From the NCBI GenBank assembly GCA_002633005.1, contig NMRA01000295.1, forward strand, positions 438,240-502,239: DNA of 64,000 bases. The letters are read 5' to 3'. The notes below the pieces were generated by a model that saw nothing but the letters and a program-made list of their open reading frames with translations, ran no database searches and was not told where the DNA came from. The position numbers were made by a program, and so were the translations under genes. Source of the DNA: Phoronis australis (taxonomy: Eukaryota; Animalia; Phoronida). Below, piece by piece: positions 1 through 12,200 of the stretch; position 1 is the stretch's first letter, and each line of letters begins with the position of its first letter.

Positions 1-3000
1 TGACGCCCCCCTGTGTTCGTAAAATGGTCAATACCTAACAACCCTTGTGTTCATCCCTGCAGCTGTATTTCTGCCTCCCCCTATCTTCCGCTTCCCTATT
101 CTGTATGCATGCTTTGTGATTTCCAAAGATTAATTCATCTGACACGTTTCCATTTATACAGTAACCTTTCTGATGTGTAGCCTTTACTAATTCCAGTTGT
201 ACTGAGTGAACGCCACTTGCCAACAGAACTTGGTTCGCTTTGCATGCCGCCAGAGCATACTTGAATTACATTGTTTAATTTACCTGTAAATACAATTCTC
301 GAAAATATCAATGAAAAGCAAAAAGGTATTTTCTATTGAACAAGTTTCTAAATCGGTTTATTCTGTTCGGTGTTTTAACCCTGTACTGATTTTTAAGCCG
401 AAAATGACGCGAGAAGTTTTGACTTGATAATTAAGTTGTGTCACCGATAACATTTGATTTTCAATTACGTTCTCATCTCTACACTGAACAAAACACTTAG
501 TGCTTTCGATTTGCACTTAATGGGTAGAATACGGTGCTCCCAGTAGAAAGACTTTTGAGATAATGGAGAATTTTCCGCAAAACAACGCCGACTGATAATG
601 TGAAACCGATGTCCCTGCCGCCTTGCGGTGCTGGGGATACTTCCACTTTGCAATTAGTGATAGTCTGCAGGGATTTTTGACACCCAGAGGTATTGATATG
701 GTGCCCTTTCAATTTCCCGAACACTTTTTAATGGACATAATTTGATTTCGAATTCTAACTTTTCTAATCTCTGATGGCGGATCACGAAGTACCCACCTAA
801 GTTCCACGAACGCAGACAGCGTGGTTTTAAAATAATCCACTGTTGTTAGATACGAAATTCATCTATCTGCATCTTCCGAATTATTAAACCTTTTCTGTTA
901 CATGAGCATGTAAAATTGAAGGAAATTTCATCGGAAACTGAATCCTGATTGCGTTCCGTAGGCGCCAAAAATCTTATGTGATCACGTGCAGTGTTGGTAT
1001 AGTGCTTGACGATATCTCGCAGAGACTTATGTCTTCTTTTTTATATTTTCACGAGTTCCTTGCATCTGAAGGAACACAACCCTTATTTTTACCTATCTTT
1101 TCAAGATAGAGCAATGCCCTGCAACTTGCGGTAACCTTGAAAGGGTGTAACAAATTGGAAAGCTTCTTTTGTCGTATTCGTAATCTGTTAAAGGGTCATG
1201 GTCAAGAAAGACCGTCCACTTACTGGCGCACAATGACGAATTTTTCAATACTTTTTTTCCAAGAATGGTTTTAATAATGACGTGACGAAATCAATCTTTC
1301 GCTCAATCATCAGAACATGATACTGTTCACAATTTAAGACAAAGGAGATGAAGCTTCCTTGGTAGATAGATGACAATAATGATTATACCATCCCAAGCGA
1401 TTGGTCGCCATTACATCGTGGAACTCCATTAAACATTCGCGGGACACGGAGAGAAATAATCAGTGACACATACATGTAGAACGGAAATAGAGAGTTTAAT
1501 CACAGTTTTCTCCGATGATCCAATAATCTAAATGCTAAAAGGGCTGGGACTGTCAAAGGATGGTGAATCTGACTTCTCATTTGTGAACGTGATAAAGTAA
1601 CATTCGGACATTCCCACAAGTGGTAAATTTAGAAATGTCGCAGTGACTTGCCGGTGCAGCTGGTTCTATTCGTGTAGAGGTGGCGCTACAAAAATGTGAA
1701 CAATCACTTCAGTCGCAGCCATTTTGTCAGTGAAGGTTAGTAATCTCTCGAGAATATCCGCAACACAGTATAGCTTATCCGTCGCGTGATCTTGAGTGAT
1801 ACGCAATGTCACCAGGTTTGCATTACCGGAACACATCTCGGTTTTTCTCGATTTGGCTGAGTTTGTATTTTATCACTGCTGTTGTCAAAGCGGCTTTCAC
1901 TCATTCCATTTGATTTCTGTTGGAAAGGAACGAGTAACAATTCAATTGGAAATACAGAGACGCACTGTCATTAACTGCTCGCCTTTGATTGGGGAATTGT
2001 GCTACATCATTTGTTTACGTGTTCCGGTTTATTAACTATCGTTTTGCCGTGAAACAATGCGTGAACATTTTCTTTTGTAGCTAAGCATAAAACCTAACGA
2101 AGCGATCTTATACACTAATAAAGGAAATTAGTTTACGTGAAACGATCGTCGATTACGTGTCGTTGGGCTTGTTTTGAAGTTAAACCCAAAATCGGAAAAT
2201 CAAGCCATGTGAAAAAGTTAGGTTTACGCGGTTTAAAAAGATAAGGACTGCACGTAATTGTGCAATCTCCAAGCGGACGCAGTACAAGTCATTTTAACCC
2301 TTGTTTTACAATAATATCTTCATGCACGGCACATATGTATTCCAACACAATGAGTAGTTCCGGCGTGACAGTCAAGCTAATAAATCTGAACATTCGAGAC
2401 CCAATAATTGTCCGTCACCTTTATCCCACAAGTACTGGTTGCGAACGAAAGTCTTAAGTTGACTTACCAAGTGGTCAGAGATATTGCTATGTCGATCAAC
2501 GGTTTAAGGAAAATGAACCAGAAAAGTGAATGTCGCTAATAAAAGCATGTTATAGTAGACTTCAAAATACATCTGAGTATAAGTCTGGTTAATGAAGCAT
2601 AAAGTGAGTGTAATGGTATCTGATCTGTATTGAAAAATAAACATACGGAACACGTACAATGGGTGGCATAAAGCGCATGAGACCTGCGACAGCCTGAGTC
2701 ACTTTCTTATCTCTAAAACGAGACTCCAAATGAACACTAAAAGTAATCCTGTAGATGCTGACAAACAGCTTACAGGACCACCAAGTCGTGTCAACACAAA
2801 GCAATGTGCAAAACACTCACTTGCGTGAATTGATCGAAACAGGTGAAAAAAGTTTAACTTCTGTTGATTGGCTCAAAGGATTCACCGTGGACATACCGCT
2901 GCGAGCACGAGTTCATGGGCTTCTCCGAGACTCTTTTTGATAATTCGGCTCTATGCGTTAACACTTTCAGCGACAAAACACAAAAGGACATCGTAAAGAA

Positions 3001-3361
3001 TCTGCTGCTTTATTACGTCGTGTTTGCGTTGCGCTTGGTGACCGCAGCAACAGTTTCTATGGTGGGCGTGGTCTGGCTGCGACTGTCAGAACTTTTCGTT
3101 ATCACACAAAGCTACGGTCTTGAATGTGCATGCCTAAACCCATTTTAATTTTTTTACAGTGATATCCAACGTGTTTTACGCATTGTGCAAGCGCGTAACC
3201 CACCTGGTTACACGTCTCAACGTCTCTTTTGTGCTCTTTTTATCTTTAATGTTTGACTTGCAGCAGCACCGGTCAATCAAACCGTTTGCTGCTGAAGCAT
3301 TGTGGGACAGTATTATTATAACCATTTGCCTTCCTAATTTCAATCTTGTTTTTATTTCAAT

Positions 3362-3680
3362 TATCATTATCCACATCACACCTTCACCACCACCACCACC
3401 ACTACCACTGGGAATGCCATATTCATCGCCATCACCATCACGACACCACCATCGCCACACCGTCACTACCATTACCACCGTCGTCGCCATCACCACTACC
3501 TTCATCACCACTTCCTCCTACGCCGTGGTCACCACCCCAACCCTCACGTCACGTGTGCCCCTCCGTTATCATTATCTCCAACACAACTGTCCTCACAACT
3601 CCAACCACTTCCTTCAACACTGACTAGGCCCCAAACAATTGTCACACCTGAAAAAAACATCGCCATCATCATCTTGTACC
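3362..3680. repeat. Low-complexity CAC/CAT trinucleotide region (intronic)
   Basis: Degenerate (cac)n/(cat)n runs; explains the poly-His/Pro/Thr ORFs in the ORF track. Confidence 0.8.
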
Positions 3681-3879
3681 ATTTAGTTGTCGCGAATGCG
3701 ACGGCAGTGTTCTGCTGCGAAGCGTGCAATTCAAAATGGCATTTAGCAGGTGTTATTTAATTTTTCTTTTGACATGCAGAGCAAATTGTAGTCTTTATGA
3801 ATATAAAATTCACATTTGCCAAATTAATTTGATGGCAGGCTACCATGACCTTTAAACAGACTGTTTTAACAATTTCCAG

Positions 3880-3981
3880 ATTCAGAACAACATGTATGAG
3901 GCTGTAACAGAGATGCAGCATAATCAACTACAGGTGGAGCGGCGAGTCGATCGTATAGAGGAACAACTTACCGAAGTGCAG
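3880..3981 (+). CDS. KCNN: Internal exon of a probable small-conductance Ca2+-activated K+ channel (SK/KCNN), C-terminal coiled coil
   Basis: ttccag|ATT...CAG|gtacgt, 102 nt, phase 0/0. Translates IQNNMYEAVTEMQHNQLQVERRVDRIEEQLTEVQ, resembling the SK segment after the calmodulin-binding domain (TQN.MY....D......E.R...LE.KL). Upstream exons were not found in the window. Confidence 0.65.
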
Positions 3982-5587
3982 GTACGTCATGGCCGACATT
4001 ATTCTTTTATCTTCCAGATAATGCGTACTCTGACAACGACTTGGTGAAACTTAGTCTCGAAACCAGATATTGTTATTGTTAATCATTAGTGTCTGATCTA
4101 CATCTCAGAAACGAGGCCATTTCAAAAGATTTACGTTCTGATTTGTATGCGTACTTCAACACATGAACAGTCTCTTGTTTCGGCCATTTTCTTTAATTGC
4201 CTGGGGAATTGTTCATGTAGGCCTACATGTAAGTGTTACTTAATGATTTCAACTGGACGCTGCTTCTTTTTAACCGATGTGTTGAGATTAAAACGTAGAA
4301 GTATAAGTGGAAGTGCAGTTGTTCTGCAAACCAAAACGAAGTGCTCTGCTTGAATACTGTTGTGAGCAGTGGATGTGATCATTAAATACCGCGTTCATCA
4401 CTTAGTATGTTAGAGTAGTTAATGTTCTAAAATCATGTTTTCATTATTCCACTGATTTGACTACAGGCCTCTGAAGATTTACTAATGTTTTTCTCTTCGC
4501 TTGCGTAAAACAAACACTTGGGGTATCTTTTTGAGCTATTTCGTAGTGTCCGAAATTGGTATACAAGTTGTCACGTTTTTCGCCGTGTCTGGGTGGGCGC
4601 AGGTGATCACCAACCGGTGCAATTTCGGTGCGATGATAGACTGAAGACTGGTTCGAGTTAATCCTTTATTAATCCCGACCGTATGTTCACAAGCCTACTC
4701 AAACAAAACGTCCGACGTAATGTCTGTTTATGCTTCAGCCAGTGCTGCGAAGCCTTGACTTGTGATCAACTTATGAGACACGTTCACCATCTGTTACATT
4801 CGTTGATTCAAATAACCTGCTGTCTCTATAACTGGCTCTCTAGTGACTGTCGCTGTAACTGCTGATTCTCTTCATTCCAACTCAACTGTAGTACTCTCAA
4901 TTGTTTAACTGCTTTACTCCGACTGCTGGACCATTATCTTTAAACTATTTTGTAGACGAAAGAAACTGCGTTGACTTTTGGAGCGATTATAAAATTGGCC
5001 ATCCATTTCATAGTCAGTCGCTACGTTTAACTTGTGTTTTATAAAACCCCAATATGTATTTGTAAAATGTCATTTTTGTCACTGGCAACCAAAGGTTGAG
5101 AAATTGCATGTACCTGTACCAAAGATACTATATATAGGTATCAATAAAATCTTTGCATGTACACATAGTTCATTGATGAAAGGGTGCGCTCTATATTTTG
5201 TTTGAGTGAGCAGCATTAGTTTGGAAAAGACGAACATCCCAAAACGCAATGACAGGCAATAATTAATGAGATGTGTTTAAATAGAAATAATATTACATAG
5301 CCAGGTTGTTACATCTTGATCCTCGGTGAGATTTGGAGGACTTTTCTCTTGAGAGGCACCAACAACCTCACGTTGGATCTAGCGTCGTGCAACGCAGTGC
5401 ATCAGTACGCAAACGCATACTTTGTCCGTCACGTTTTCGCGACACATCTCGTCGGGCTATTATAAAACTGTGGTTGTAATTGGTTTCCCATTGGTACAAG
5501 AACTGCAGGATAATATTTACACCAACAATCCTTTTGATAATCTCTTCAACGGTCGTGCGAAATGTCATATGTTTTACGATTTTTCAG

Positions 5588-5752
5588 AAACTTCTCGAAC
5601 AGCTACCAACTTTAATCGCTCACGAATTGATTGAAAGCAAAAGGACACTTGCTGGGGTAGACCCTAGGCGGACGTCGATGAAGAAACCCCCTCTCTTAAA
5701 GAAGGCATCGACGCCGACGTTTACGGAAGTAAATCAGTCGAGTGACCTATGA
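5588..5752 (+). CDS. KCNN: Terminal coding exon of the probable SK/KCNN channel
   Basis: ttttcag|AAA in phase 0, giving KLLEQLPTLIAHELIESK...SSDL*, which matches the SK 'LP.LI' motif. AATAAA at 5837-5842. Confidence 0.6.
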   Translation, partial: KLLEQLPTLIAHELIESKRTLAGVDPRRTSMKKPPLLKKASTPTFTEVNQSSDL

Positions 5753-6839
5753 ACTATGTCTTCTCTTCCGTCATAAAATGTTAAATATCAATTGTTATTG
5801 TGATGTGTATGTCTTTAAAACTTAAAAATGGAATGGAATAAAATCATGAAAACTAAGCTTCATTTTTAAAATTTGTCTCAAAAGCATAATCCACACGGTA
5901 TGGTACGAAATGATGGAAAGTTGAGATTACACAGGCTACCCACGACTGAGGAAGTACATAGAACATCGCGGTGTCATTGAAGAGCAGCACTGTGCAACGC
6001 TACGCCGGGTGATACATCGACTTAGGGAGCTTTCAACCACGACAATGCCGTCCGTTTACAAATGCATCATGAGACGGTTATGGATTCGTGAACATCCGGT
6101 ATCACCATAGATAACAAGGGGAAGTGTAAACTGAGCTCGAATGCTCAGTTTGTTTTAAAGGTTTTCCTTTACTTAAGCCTCATATCTTAATTTTTTTTCT
6201 GAGGAATTTTGACTTCAGATAAATGCTTAAAGAAAAGCTTCATTTCCACCTATTTCGTTGCTATATGGGTGCTTCGGTATCGTCACTAAATAAATTTTGT
6301 GTGCACTATAAGTTCAACTTCACCATTGCTAAAATACGATTATCGGCAGCCTGTGTTTAAGCCTAAAGGGGAGCTGCTGGTATCGTGAAAGTTTTAATTT
6401 AAGTGTACTCCTTCTATAACAGAAAGGAGTTCGTTTCTACATGTATCTTTCTGCACCTTCAAAAGAATGTCCAACGTACTTTTGGAAGAGGGGAAGATAT
6501 GGACTAAAATACATTATAAAGTAGCAAAGTCGTTAGACATATTTGCCTTGTTGTATTCATTAAAAGCCTTCATTGATTTGACGACTGACTGAAGACGCTA
6601 ATAAAACCTATTATTTTTGTATGATATTTGTCGACTCAGTTCAGTTAAGGAAGTCCTACAAATCCGGAACATTATAGTGAGAGCTTCAAATGCACACCTA
6701 AAAACGAACTTTCAAATAAAAGATCAAATGTTTCACATATTGACGCATACGCCTAATTTTGACCCACCCCTGCTTATCAGCATTTAATGCTCGCAAATAC
6801 GAAGTTGGACTTATTAGATAAAAAGGGACAATAACTTAA

Positions 6840-7600
6840 GAGCAATTCCATATAAAAACCAGATGGTGGGCTATATATGCAAAATCACCATTTTTTTGAA
6901 ACTTAGCACATCAGCTGGCCTTGTCAAAAGAAATCTGAGCCTGAATTTTTAAGAGTTTCTGAGTTTTTTTAACCTTTTTTACGACCACTTTGTAATTTTT
7001 CTGAAAAATAGCAAATAAAAGTACTGGGAAGTAGGTGACTTTTTCTCGGCAACAACACATCATCGCTTCACGCTATTGAGAAAAAACTATATAGAAGAAA
7101 GAAAAAAGAAAAGCATACAAGAAAAATTAGTTCGGATGTATTTATTGATTCTTATGTTCTCCCATTTTAGCCTACAAAAATGTCATTTTCACTGCTTTAT
7201 TAACTTTTAGGGCGACCCTGCTATTTATAGCAATTTGTTTTCCGGACTGCCCACAAAAACGAACCCCTTCTTTGTAAGTTGAGATGACCGCAAAGTTGCC
7301 CGACTTAAATTTTGGCTTGTTAAGGTGAACCCAATCTCATGAAGTTCTAGTAGAAATTGATATTCAACCTAAGAATTTATTATTTTATGCATATGACGAC
7401 TATTTTGTCTAAAATCCCATAAATCTATAACGATTAGTTGAATCTTTTTATTGACTGCACTGAAATTAGAGGAATGGGTGTAAATTTGTAAATACCAAAA
7501 CGTGGTGTTTTGTGAAGAAAGGCCGGTAAGGTTATATTTAGGTAACTTCGGAAAAATCATCTCTCAGGAATAACTGATCAGATTCATAGGAGATTGTAGT
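6840..7600 (+). mobile_element. Possible left end of a decayed DNA transposon (Sola-like GAG terminus after TTAA); right boundary uncertain
   Basis: ttaa|GAGCAATTCCA followed by AT-rich, subterminal-like sequence. No matching right TIR seen. Confidence 0.25.
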
Positions 7601-9200
7601 AGATAAAATGCTTTACTTGTTGTTCTGCTTTCGAAATGAAGAGTCATCATAACTTAGCGATGAAATTCGTGAAAACACATATTGCATAAAATGAAAACGA
7701 AGAAATATTTTAGAATATTGTAACCACTTTTTTGAGCTCTCATCTTGAATATTTTTATACATGTAGAATAAGAATTGATCACGTTAGAAAAATACGCAGC
7801 TTTGCCATTAACCTAGGATTAAGGATATGTTACATTCTAACATTAAGCTACATTAAACTAAATCATAATTAAGTAACGACGTGCATAAGATCTCTCATTG
7901 AACTTTAAGTGAGTTGGATCCAAATCAGCGTGGAGAAATTATGGTTACCAAAACACCGGGACAGGGTACCAAATCAGTTAAATCCACAGACAACAAAATT
8001 TGTAGCTTGCCAATATCTCTCGTTATTTGACTATTTTCACGAAATTTCACATCCGAATCTGAGCGACACATGTACGGTGCAGTCGTGGGCTTCGTTATTT
8101 GAAGTGTTGAAAGTGTGCAAATTACTGATCTGTGTGTTGCGAAGACCTACATGTATCTATGGCTTAGTTAAGATAAAGGTCGACGCAACTTAGATGTCGT
8201 TGCGTTGCCTGCGAGGGGTTGTGCCCTGGTTAATTATAGTCAAGCGAGAGCGTGTTCTGACGACCTTCATGCATTAGGTAAAATACGCAGCGCCCCTAGT
8301 GAACGCAATCGTAACTATATACAGTTACAGATAACACAACAGATTGTCATTGTTGAATTCACAGAACTGAAACATCTCGGGATTTAAAAATTAGAGACCA
8401 CGCACATCCAATCTTGAATGACTACTCCATGCATGTGCGGCAAAACCAATTCTTGGGTTGGGGAGGGACATGAGGACAACAAATACGCGCTTAATATCAT
8501 CATTATTGCGTTTAACATGGTCTTCCTTCTGTTCAGAAATGTCAGTTTCAGGTTACTTTGCTGAAAGAGCCCAGCCATTTCAATCAGGCAATGATTAACT
8601 GACACAAGAGTATTTCCTGGAGTGGGCGATGAAAGTTTCACACGTTTGTTCGCGGGGATGGCCAATTGGGTTATTAATGTTTTTTTGTGGCTCTGACAAG
8701 CTGTATTATCTTTTAGACTTTCTGGAGAACCTGTACAAGGATAACCAGGAAAAGAAACAATTTGAAAATCAATTGCGGTTTTAAAGAAAACATCACAAAT
8801 GATGCACATCAAAACAAGTGAGGGGTCGAAAAGTGGTTCATTTTGGATGACCTAAGACGAGAACTCTCTTATCCCAATTTTACTAGAAAACGCCATTCTC
8901 ATATAAAAGCCTAAATACCTCCCTCGTATCAAGTCGTACCTATCCCATTCGTTCCAATGTGGTCTATAGGACCATTTCTGAAGACATCTGATACATGGTC
9001 ATATTCCCTAGAGCCCTTCTATATTACCCAGAGGTTTTCAACTCTGAGCTCCACAACACTACCCAAGGGCCAGTTTCCAAACAACAACTTACTGTACCCT
9101 CAATATGCGAATTGGGACTAAATAGGATATATAAAAATATCACAGGATGCTCTTAATAGATTTATTTTACAAGCAATTTTACAACCAACATTTCCCCAAT

Positions 9201-9290
9201 CTATTTATGGGCGGCCCCTGCCTTTCTCATTTGCTGTATTACTTTCCCCATCTCTTCCCTCTTCCTCTTGCCTCTCATGTGTGCTCCAAG
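9201..9290 (-). CDS. RPL36: RPL36 last coding exon
   Basis: ttccag|CTT...TAG, giving [14 protein letters not shown]...; minus-strand AATAAA at 9161-9166. Confidence 0.96.
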   Translation of the reverse strand, partial: LGAHMRGKRKREEMGKVIQQMRKAGAAHK

Positions 9291-12200
9291 CTGGAAGGAA
9301 AGTGCAACAAATAAACTGGAGGTCAATGTGAACTATCAAAGACCACGGCTTGAGGAGAGCCAATTTTAGCAATTAACTATCAAAGTATATAGCCGGTGAG
9401 CTTAATTTGCACTCGCAAACACCACTAGGTTGACACTTATGACAATTCTAAAGGCCAAAATTGGTCACATTTATTTTTGAAACGCTTACATCAGGGCTTT
9501 AAATGTAGTAAAATCTGACGAAATACATGGCACAATACAATGAACAAAAGAACAGAAAACCCATATAAATGCTTTGTGGTCTATGGAACAGCTACCACGT
9601 TTTGAGACACATACTACTTTTGTATGTACAACAATGCTTAAAGCTTGAAAAGTGGAATTTTCGCAATAACTTTGATACACAGAGCTCACTGATTGCTTGA
9701 ACAGGAACAAAACAATGCAAAGCATTGAAATGCGCCCACAAATGCACCGTAAACGGTGTGCTTCTAGAGTCGTTTATTTGTATCATAAAAATGACCATTA
9801 GATGGTGCAAAAAGTCCAACCCATCTGCAAATGGAACGAGCCATCGCTTCTGCAATAGAAATCTTTTTACTTAATTTCATAAAATCTGACAAAAGAACTT
9901 CAGCAAAACAAAAGAAAACAAAAAAAGGAAACTGCCAATAGGGGCACAACGTCCGCCTAAAAGTTGTTATCTATTGTTAGCTTCATATAATACACTTACT
10001 AAATTTAATAAAGATTCGGCAGTGGGATTAGGAGATACAGCTACGGGCGCAAAACAAAACAAAACCACCACTAGGAGGCACCACAGTTGTCGACGTCGTC
10101 ATCCTCAACTGTCCTATTCACATAGAGAACATATATGCCAATTTTCAGAACTATCCTTAGCATGATTTAGATGATGCCAAAAAACAAACTCGAGGACAGT
10201 AAAAATGGCCGCTAGGTGGCGCAAAATACCTCGAATCCATCCAAAAACCACAGGATAGTGCCATCTCACTAACAGAAGCCTATATCCCAAATTTTATGAA
10301 AATTTGTAGAGGATCTTTCAGGATACAGATGTAAACGCAATAAACTAAAATTGCCACTAGGGGGCGCACCAGTAGTCCCACCCCTGCGAAAGTTGTTATC
10401 TCTTGTCAACATCATATAAACACTTGCTACATTTAATAAAAAATACTGCAAACGGTTTAGGAAATATAGCCATGGGCGCAAAAAACTGCCACTAGGATGC
10501 GCCACATTAGTCGAAGTCATCGGAAAATCATCGTCAGCCATACTTTTTATGGTAAGAACATACATGCCAATTTTCACAATCATCCCTAGAGCGGTTTGGT
10601 TAATAGCTGGGTGGACGTCAAAAAACAGACTCGAAAATAGTAAAAATGGCCACTAGGTGGCGCAAACTACATCGAATCCATCCGACAAGAAAATAGTGTC
10701 ATCTCACTAACAGATGCCTATATTCCAAGTTTTGAGAAAATAAGTTGAGGACCTCCAAAGATACAGAGGTGAGCGTAAAAAACTAAAATTGCCACTATTG
10801 GGCACAACCGTTGTCGGAGAGGTCTGAAATTTGTCGTCATTAGTCAGTTAGATAGGAACACATCTCCAAATCTCATCAAGATCCTGTGAGGGTTTAGGAG
10901 ATACAGCTGCACACACCGGACGGCCAGACAGAGATGAGAGCAATATGCGACTACATAGTATGTGAGCCCATAAAAATGGGTGCTGCCTATTAGATCCAGT
11001 GTTGTCCACATCCTGTTTAGACTAGTCACTGTGTAAAATTCAAATTTTTTTCGTGGCGAGTTTCGCTGAATAAATGTGTAGAGTTTGAAAAGCAATGCTG
11101 CAAGTTTGAGGTACTGCAAAATAACATGGGCGCGACCAGCTTAAAAAATGGGGGGACTCAAATTTTTGAGAATGTGAACCTTCTACTAAGATTCACAGGG
11201 TACAATCAGAGCTATGAATTGTACATTTGCTGAATTTTGGTAGCTCATGCCCTTTTAGCAGACTTTTGCCTTGTTTTCGACTTTTTATGAGTTTTTATTT
11301 CTCTGAGGACTTTTTTTGCCCACATTGCCAAATGGGGGCTCCATCCCCCTGGTTGCGTGCATAGATTAGTCATTTCTTACACAAATTAAGATATTTTGGA
11401 CTTTCTATACCAATTCAAAACACATATTCCAACACTTTAGCACAGNCGAAAACAGAAAAAATGAAACTGCCACTAGGGGGCACAACGTCCGCCTGAAAGT
11501 TGTTATCTATTGTTATCCTCCTATAATACAATAACTAAATTTAATAAAGATTCAGCAGTGGGATTAGGATATACAGCTACGGGCGCAAAACAAAACAAAA
11601 CAACCACTAGGAGGCACCACAGTAGTTGACGTCGTCATCCTCAACAGTCCTATTCACATAGAGAATATATATGCCAATTTTCAGCACTATCCTTAGCATG
11701 ATTTGGTTGATGCCAAAAAACAGACTCGAGAACAGTAAAAATGGCCGCTACGTGGCGCAAAATACCTCAAATCCATCCAAAAACCACAGGATAGTGCCAT
11801 CTCACTAATAGACGCCTATATCCCAAATTTTATGAAAGTTTGTAGAGGACCTTTCAGGATACAGATGTAAACATAATAAACTAAAATTGCCACTAGGGGG
11901 CGCACCAGTAGTCCCACCCCTGCGAAAGTTGTTATCTCTTGTCAACATCATATAAATACACTTGCTAAATTTAATAAAAATCCTGCGAAAGGTTTAGGAA
12001 ATATAGCCATGGGCGCAAAAAAAAACTGCCACTAGGAGGTGCCACATTAGTCGAAGTCTTCAGAAAATCATCGTCAGCCATACTTATGGTAAGAACATAC
12101 ATGCCAATCTTCACAATCATCCCTAGAGTGGTTTGGTTAATAGCGGGGTGGACGTCAAAAAACAGACTCGAAAATAGTAAAAATGGCCACTAGGTGGCGC

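Noticed and set aside
2755-2841. Candidate upstream KCNN exon (gtag|ATG...ACAG|gtgaaa)
   Set aside because: Ends in phase 1, incompatible with the phase-0 exon at 3880, and does not resemble the calmodulin-binding domain.
3159-3627. His/Pro/Thr-rich ORFs
   Set aside because: Products of CAC/CAT low-complexity sequence, open on both strands.
4585-4665. Possible tRNA-derived SINE (B-box-like ggttcgag)
   Set aside because: No clear A box, cloverleaf or second copy.
8384-8812. 142-aa minus-strand ORF as a possible transposase remnant
   Set aside because: No recognisable DDE or other motif; cannot be supported by eye.
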